From the NCBI GenBank assembly GCA_963662655.2, contig CAXXTU010000002.1, positions 1,312,001-1,376,000 of the forward strand: DNA of 64,000 nt, in the 5' to 3' direction. Below, one piece after another: positions 58,517-64,000 of the stretch. The notes beneath the pieces were generated by a model. The model was not told the origin of the DNA, ran no database searches, and saw only the letters and a list, made by a program, of their open reading frames with translations. The first letter of the stretch is position 1; every line of letters begins with the position of its first letter. The position numbers were made by a program, and so were the translations under genes. This stretch comes from Candidatus Cloacimonadales bacterium (GTDB lineage Bacteria > Cloacimonadota > Cloacimonadia > Cloacimonadales > JAIOQZ01).

Positions 58517-61500
58517 ATGATAAAGAAAATGATCCCTCTTTTATGTCTGATGAGTCTGGTCATCGGCTTGAACGCCTTTACGCCGATCATTGACGGAACG
58601 AAGGATGCGGAGTGGGGCGAAACACCCACTGAAGGTACCTTTACAACAATGCAGCCAACGAACTTCAATCTTGAAGGCGGCTGCTACGTTACCGATGACT
58701 CAAACTATATCTACTTCGGTATTCCAACCGATGTCGACCCGTGGGGTGACGGTAATTCGATCCACTTCCATCTTTCGATCGACATTCGCAATACTGCCGC
58801 AGGCGGTACCGGCGACGCGTGGGGAAGCCAGGTACATTATGGACAAACCTATCTTCCCGACTTCGATATTATTTGCCAGTGGAACGACACCGCTCCGACT
58901 CCCGGTTACACCGGTTTCATGACTTGGAACGGCACCGGCTGGGATCAAGTTCAGCTCGATCCGGCCAACATCGCCGGTGGCGGCGGCGCGTTCACAGAAA
59001 TCGCCATCCCCAGAAGCATGCTCGACAACATCGACTTGAACGATGATATCAACGTATCGCTCTGGCAGCGCCCGGCCTGGAACAAGAACAACGCCAACGC
59101 GTGCTGCCCCGCAGACGCGTCTTTCCCGTCCGATTATGGCGACGGAGCAGGTGGTACTCAAACCACCCAGTTTGCATACACCGTATCTACCCAGCTTGCC
59201 GATACGACGGCTCCGCGCATGTCTTCGGCCGTGCAGACCGCTCCAGACATGGTTCGCGTTACGTTCAACGAACCAATGGGTAGCGGCGCACAGGCAGCCG
59301 GAAACTATTCTATCGACAACGGCGCGACCATCAACAACGTATCCATGATCTCATCGAGCGTCTACGATCTTACCGTCGGCGGACTGGTGGCAGGTACGGA
59401 GTACGAACTGACAGCAAGCTCGGCGATCATGGACGCATCGGGCAATCCGATCGATCCTTCTTACAACAGCGATACATTCACAGCCAGCGCTTACACCGAT
59501 GTGACCTTCACAATCAACGACAACAGCCGCATTTACGAAGACATCAACGTTAAAGGCAGCTTCGACGAGTGGACGCTTCATCAGGCTTACGACGATGGAA
59601 CAAACGGCGACCCTACCGCGGGTGACCACTCCTGGACCTGCGTTGTGACAAACGTAGCCGAAGGTAGCTGGGAATGGGGCGCGATCGAAGACGACGGTTC
59701 CGAATACGGAATCTGGCTCATCGATGGCCCGAACCTTCAATTTGCCATAGACAACACCGGCGCGATCACGGGCGATACATCCTACGACATCGCCGGCGGC
59801 ATCGCACAGGATGTGGAAGTCACTTTCCGCGTAAACATCGGTGGTCTCGAGGTCGATAATATCTCGATCCAGGGAAGCGTTCTTCCGCTCAACTGGACGC
59901 CGGGAAGCAATCTCCTGACAGACGTAGATAACGATAAAGTCTATGAAACAACGATTACTTTTCCCACCGGAAGCAATTTCGACGTCGACTACAAATTCAC
60001 GCGTGAAATTGCCTCCGAGCGCGAATGGCTTTGGGAAGATGTCGAAAACCGCACGTTCACCATAGACGACACGCAATCGAGCATGACGCTCGATACGGTC
60101 TACTGGAACAATCAGCAGGTTAACGAGCTGACCGCAGTATCATTCCTGGACAACACCGCATCGGAGTACACCAACTTCGCTAACGGCGATGAATTGGGAG
60201 CCGGCAGCAGCATCGATATCGAAGCGATCACCGAAGGCGCTGACCTGAACGGCAACTCCGGATTCGGTCTCACGCTTCGCTACCGTGTAAACCAGGGCCT
60301 GGAACAGTCCAAAGCATTCACCTGGCAGACCAACACCGATACAACTTCCTTCTGGCGCGTATCGATCCCTTCGGAAGACCTCGATGAAGGCGACGAAGTT
60401 CTCTTCCGTATTACCGGTACCGACTACAATGGCCCGGTCGTGGAAGACAACAACGGCGGTCAGAACTATAGCGTATCCATCGGTACATCGGGAACCCAGC
60501 AGGATGTGGATGTCACGTTCACATTCAATCTGGGAAGCTCCGACGCAACGCAGGTTGGTATCGTCGGAACCGTTCAGCCGCTTGGAGAATCGGGCGCTGA
60601 CAACCTGATGGTTGACGACAACGGCGACAAGATTTTCACCAAGACCGTTACATTCCCAGCAGGAAGCCCCTACTCGGTTTCATACAACTACGCCCGTTAC
60701 ATGGCTGAAGAACGCTCATGGCAAATCGAGCCGAGCATCTCCAGAAGCTTCAACCTGGACGACGTGACCGGCACGATGGACCTGGGCGTCGAATACTGGG
60801 AGGGCGTCGCAGTTTCCGAGCTGACAGATGTATTCTTCCTCGACAGCGGTACTTCGGTTTATTCGAACTTCGTTAGCGGCGGCTCGGTCGAAGTCGACAA
60901 CAACATCCAGATCGAAGCGCAGGTCGCAGGCGAGGATGTCAACGCGAACTCGAACTTCCAGGTCACCCTTTACTACCATGTGAACTCCGGCGAGCTTCAG
61001 TCCAAATCATTCGGCTGGGCGAGCAACTATGAAGGAAACTCGTGGTGGCACGTGATGCTCGAGAACGGTGTCGACGTGAGCAACGGCGATGACGTCAGCT
61101 TCTACATCGAAGCATCCGATTACAACGGTCCGGTCATAACCGACAACAATGAAGGCAGCTCCTACACGGTCAGCGTACTCGGAGAAACCACTTCGCAGGA
61201 TGTTACCGTGACTTTCTCCATCAACATTGGCGCGTTGAACGCAGACAGCATCTCGGTTCAGGGTAGCGTCGCTCCTCTCGACTGGTTTGGCGGTTCGATG
61301 CCGATGAACGACGATGACGGCGACTGCACCTACACCGTTGACGTGTTCTTCCCTGCGGGATCTCCGTTCACCGTACAATACAAGTTTACCCGCCTGACGA
61401 CCTCCCTCCGCGAATGGGCGTGGGAATACGTCGGCAACCGCAGCTTCCAGATCGACGACTCCGAATCGACACAGGTTCTGGAACTCGACTACTGGAACCT

Positions 61501-62107
61501 CAACGAAGTCCACGAGTTGACCAGCGTTGCCTTCGCGGACAGCGCAGCATCCGATTACACCAACTTCGTCAGCGGCGATGTCCTCGCAGAAGGTAGCGAC
61601 GTCCTGATCGAAACCAAGACTGGTGGCCTCGATCCGAACTACAACTCCGGCTTCGAAGTGACCCTGCACTACACCGTCAATGGCGGCGCAGAGCAGTCTG
61701 TCGTCTTCAACTGGCAGGGTAGCGACCCCGAATACAGCTGGTGGCGTATCGGCCTTGAGAACGGCGTAGATATCGTGGATAACGATGTGATCGCTTTCTG
61801 GATTACCGCAACCGATTACAACGGCCCGGAATACACCGACAATAACGGAGGCGCGAATTACACGGTCACCGTGGGTCAGGCAGCTCCGCCGGCTGCGCCG
61901 CAGAACGTGACGATCACCGTGGTCGGAAGCGACGTACAGCTCTCCTGGCAGGCTGTCGCCGGCGCGACGAACTATCGTCTTCAGTCATGCGCTTCACCCG
62001 ACGGAACCTTCACCAATGTGATGATCACACCGAACACCTCGCTTACCATCATAGGTGGCGCGGGTTCAGCGAACATGAAATTCTATCGCGTCAAAGCGAT
62101 TCAATAA
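58517..62107 (+). CDS. Large secreted modular protein with CBM20-like/Ig-like repeats and an FN3-like C-terminal domain
   Basis: Signal peptide; three repeats of about 231 aa starting QDVxVTF..GSVxPLxW..YKF; no catalytic motif recognised. Confidence 0.7.
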   Translation: MIKKMIPLLCLMSLVIGLNAFTPIIDGTKDAEWGETPTEGTFTTMQPTNFNLEGGCYVTDDSNYIYFGIPTDVDPWGDGNSIHFHLSIDIRNTAAGGTGDAWGSQVHYGQTYLPDFDIICQWNDTAPTPGYTGFMTWNGTGWDQVQLDPANIAGGGGAFTEIAIPRSMLDNIDLNDDINVSLWQRPAWNKNNANACCPADASFPSDYGDGAGGTQTTQFAYTVSTQLADTTAPRMSSAVQTAPDMVRVTFNEPMGSGAQAAGNYSIDNGATINNVSMISSSVYDLTVGGLVAGTEYELTASSAIMDASGNPIDPSYNSDTFTASAYTDVTFTINDNSRIYEDINVKGSFDEWTLHQAYDDGTNGDPTAGDHSWTCVVTNVAEGSWEWGAIEDDGSEYGIWLIDGPNLQFAIDNTGAITGDTSYDIAGGIAQDVEVTFRVNIGGLEVDNISIQGSVLPLNWTPGSNLLTDVDNDKVYETTITFPTGSNFDVDYKFTREIASEREWLWEDVENRTFTIDDTQSSMTLDTVYWNNQQVNELTAVSFLDNTASEYTNFANGDELGAGSSIDIEAITEGADLNGNSGFGLTLRYRVNQGLEQSKAFTWQTNTDTTSFWRVSIPSEDLDEGDEVLFRITGTDYNGPVVEDNNGGQNYSVSIGTSGTQQDVDVTFTFNLGSSDATQVGIVGTVQPLGESGADNLMVDDNGDKIFTKTVTFPAGSPYSVSYNYARYMAEERSWQIEPSISRSFNLDDVTGTMDLGVEYWEGVAVSELTDVFFLDSGTSVYSNFVSGGSVEVDNNIQIEAQVAGEDVNANSNFQVTLYYHVNSGELQSKSFGWASNYEGNSWWHVMLENGVDVSNGDDVSFYIEASDYNGPVITDNNEGSSYTVSVLGETTSQDVTVTFSINIGALNADSISVQGSVAPLDWFGGSMPMNDDDGDCTYTVDVFFPAGSPFTVQYKFTRLTTSLREWAWEYVGNRSFQIDDSESTQVLELDYWNLNEVHELTSVAFADSAASDYTNFVSGDVLAEGSDVLIETKTGGLDPNYNSGFEVTLHYTVNGGAEQSVVFNWQGSDPEYSWWRIGLENGVDIVDNDVIAFWITATDYNGPEYTDNNGGANYTVTVGQAAPPAAPQNVTITVVGSDVQLSWQAVAGATNYRLQSCASPDGTFTNVMITPNTSLTIIGGAGSANMKFYRVKAIQ

Positions 62108-62120
62108 TCATCGAGTAAAT

Positions 62121-62157
62121 AAAAAACGCCCCATCCGCAAGGACGGGGCGTTTCTTT
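62121..62157. terminator. Bidirectional intrinsic terminator between convergent genes
   Basis: AAAAAACGCCCCATCC-GCAA-GGACGGGGCGTTTCTTT. Confidence 0.85.
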
Positions 62158-62170
62158 ATAAAGCTAATAA

Positions 62171-62992
62171 TCATCGTGCCAGGTATTCGATAAGTCTGTC
62201 TGGGATAATAATCGTCTGCCGTAGTTCAAACTCGTTGCATTCACTCATGTTATTGACGGATATCGAGGAACTGCTGATGATGATGAAGTCTTTCCCGCGT
62301 ACATAATCCAGCGTTGCAATGGTGTATTGAATCTGCAGATAATAGTTGTTCACCTCTTGATATCCCTTCAAGCAGTTCGCCGGAAACGTGAATGCCCTCT
62401 CCTCCGCACCGATTTCCGAAAAGAACTCATCCACTGGCGCGGTTTCCCATGTTGTGGTATTGACCAGCGATGTTTGCCCCCAGGCGACCTGCGTTGGATT
62501 ATCTGCATCCAGCGTCCATGAAAACGCGGCTTCATCTTCGAGTCCGTGAATTTCATACGGGAACTCCCAAACAGCGGGATAGGCTATTTGCACCGTCCCC
62601 TCTACCGTGCGGGAGAATGTCATGAGGTCATCGTCGAGCAACTTGTATGTGTAGCTGATTTCACAGCTCTCACCCGGGACGAGACGCCCGGCAAGATCGA
62701 ATCCCGCTTCTTCGGGTCGCAAGAAATATGTGCTGTCGGAAACGTCTTCGCCATCGACGAGAAGAATATGCTGAAATTCACCTCCGAACGTATCGGGATC
62801 CACGATTTCTTCAGACACCGATACCCAGGCATAGGCGCATCCTTCTAACGGACAGGCGACACTTACTTTGATATCTACCTTGTTCGCTTCCTTCAAAGGA
62901 TTGAAAATCGAATCTCCATCGCTATCGTCGCTGCAGCCCACGAGCAGGATTAACATCAGTGCCAAGCATGATATCACAACATTCTTTCTCAC
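62171..62992 (-). CDS. Hypothetical lipoprotein (paralog of the next gene)
   Basis: GAGG SD, GTG start, lipobox LVGC; shares DGED, PGE, RTVxG, F.WTL..N..Q and TFPAxC with 63018..63830. Confidence 0.75.
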   Translation of the reverse strand: MRKNVVISCLALMLILLVGCSDDSDGDSIFNPLKEANKVDIKVSVACPLEGCAYAWVSVSEEIVDPDTFGGEFQHILLVDGEDVSDSTYFLRPEEAGFDLAGRLVPGESCEISYTYKLLDDDLMTFSRTVEGTVQIAYPAVWEFPYEIHGLEDEAAFSWTLDADNPTQVAWGQTSLVNTTTWETAPVDEFFSEIGAEERAFTFPANCLKGYQEVNNYYLQIQYTIATLDYVRGKDFIIISSSSISVNNMSECNEFELRQTIIIPDRLIEYLAR

Positions 62993-63017
62993 TTCACCTC
63001 CAGAATTCAGTTCTAAT

Positions 63018-63830
63018 TCAATCGATTTGCAGCAAGTACTCAGCTTCGGACCATATTTGCCTGTAGACCACATCCTTGTCCAGCGAGGAATTGGAATTCG
63101 AGCAAAAACCCGCGTTACTGCTTACGATCAGGCACCCATCGCCGTAAGAGAAATTCATCGTATAAACAACGCATGAGTAGTGCACTTCCTCCGAATCTTT
63201 CGGCAACCCGAACGATCCCACACAATCGGCGGGGAATGTATATTGCGACGCCATTACGGACAACTCTTCGTAGAATTCCTCATAATCGGAGCCATCATTC
63301 AAATAGCTCAAGGCGTATGCATATTGTCGCTGATTGTTCTCTGTAAGAGTCCAATAAAATGTAACTTCATCGTCAAACGTGTCAAATCGCTCGGGCACGT
63401 TCCAGAATGCCTTATTGCAAATCACGATGTCCCCGTTCACGGTTCTGGCGTATGTTGGCTGGCCGTTCTCGGATAACGTGAGGCTTAACTTGACCGTATG
63501 ATGTTCTCCAGGAAGCATATAATCCGGTAACATGTACTCCACCAGGCGACAATTCTCATGCCACTTGTACTGGGATATGTCCTCGCCATCGAGCATGACC
63601 CGATACTCGTATTCGCCATCGTAGTAAAGCTCGACAATGTCGCTCGACGTGATACACGACAGGATTGTCCAGTCGCTCTCCTCGTTGGGAAGGAACTTTA
63701 TGATGAAAGAAGCGGTATCTTCCAGCTCGTCGATACCAACCAATCCTCCCCCACTGCCGTCATCGTGAGTACAGCCAATAAATAACGAAGACAGGATTAC
63801 CGACACGATTATCATGGATAAACATTTCAT
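63018..63830 (-). CDS. Hypothetical lipoprotein
   Basis: Lipobox FIGC; paralog of the downstream gene. Confidence 0.75.
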   Translation of the reverse strand: MKCLSMIIVSVILSSLFIGCTHDDGSGGGLVGIDELEDTASFIIKFLPNEESDWTILSCITSSDIVELYYDGEYEYRVMLDGEDISQYKWHENCRLVEYMLPDYMLPGEHHTVKLSLTLSENGQPTYARTVNGDIVICNKAFWNVPERFDTFDDEVTFYWTLTENNQRQYAYALSYLNDGSDYEEFYEELSVMASQYTFPADCVGSFGLPKDSEEVHYSCVVYTMNFSYGDGCLIVSSNAGFCSNSNSSLDKDVVYRQIWSEAEYLLQID

Positions 63831-63859
63831 TGCGCGCCTCCGGCATAAGAATTGTTATG

Positions 63860-63887
63860 ATTTTAATAATTACACAGAAGGTGTCAA
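63860..63887 (-). promoter_or_regulatory. Sigma70-like promoter for the lipoprotein pair
   Basis: TTGACA, 16-nt spacer, TAAAAT, about 30 nt upstream of the ATG at 63830. Confidence 0.55.
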
Positions 63888-64000
63888 GAAAAAGAAAAAA
63901 ACCTCCCCGACTCACCGCAATGATTGTCCAAGTCGATCACGGAAATAATAAATTGGATTCTCGGAAGTTTCAAGCGATTAGCTTGTAGCCGGTTACCGAA

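Overview
Chromosomal window from a diderm, LPS-making bacterium. The fused lpxC-fabZ, the membrane pyrophosphatase and the style of the secreted proteins suggest an FCB-group anaerobe, possibly Cloacimonadota (inference only). From left to right: (i) the end of a Mu-like transposable prophage (transposase A, ATPase B, regulators, terS, terL), cut inside terL by an ISL3 element with no target-site duplication; (ii) a reduced Wsp-type chemosensory operon with a REC-PP2C output; (iii) housekeeping genes (nnr, mazG, lpxA/lpxC-fabZ/lpxD/skp, hppA, ABC components, pstS); (iv) a compact, apparently intact 8.8-kb virion module at 33012-41855 (scaffold, epsilon15/BPP-1-type capsid and cement, adaptor, tail tube, tail chaperone with intact -1 frameshift, short tape measure, tail proteins, lysis genes) with its own sigma70-like promoter but no terminase, portal, integrase or replication genes, divergent from comM; (v) more housekeeping and secreted repeat proteins. 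The two strongest leads are this GTA-like or domesticated virion module, and a three-copy intergenic element (14275, 43844, 58169) that folds into the same four-way junction with many compensatory changes. No rRNA, tRNA or CRISPR array was seen. All family calls come from motif recognition by eye; no database searches were run.
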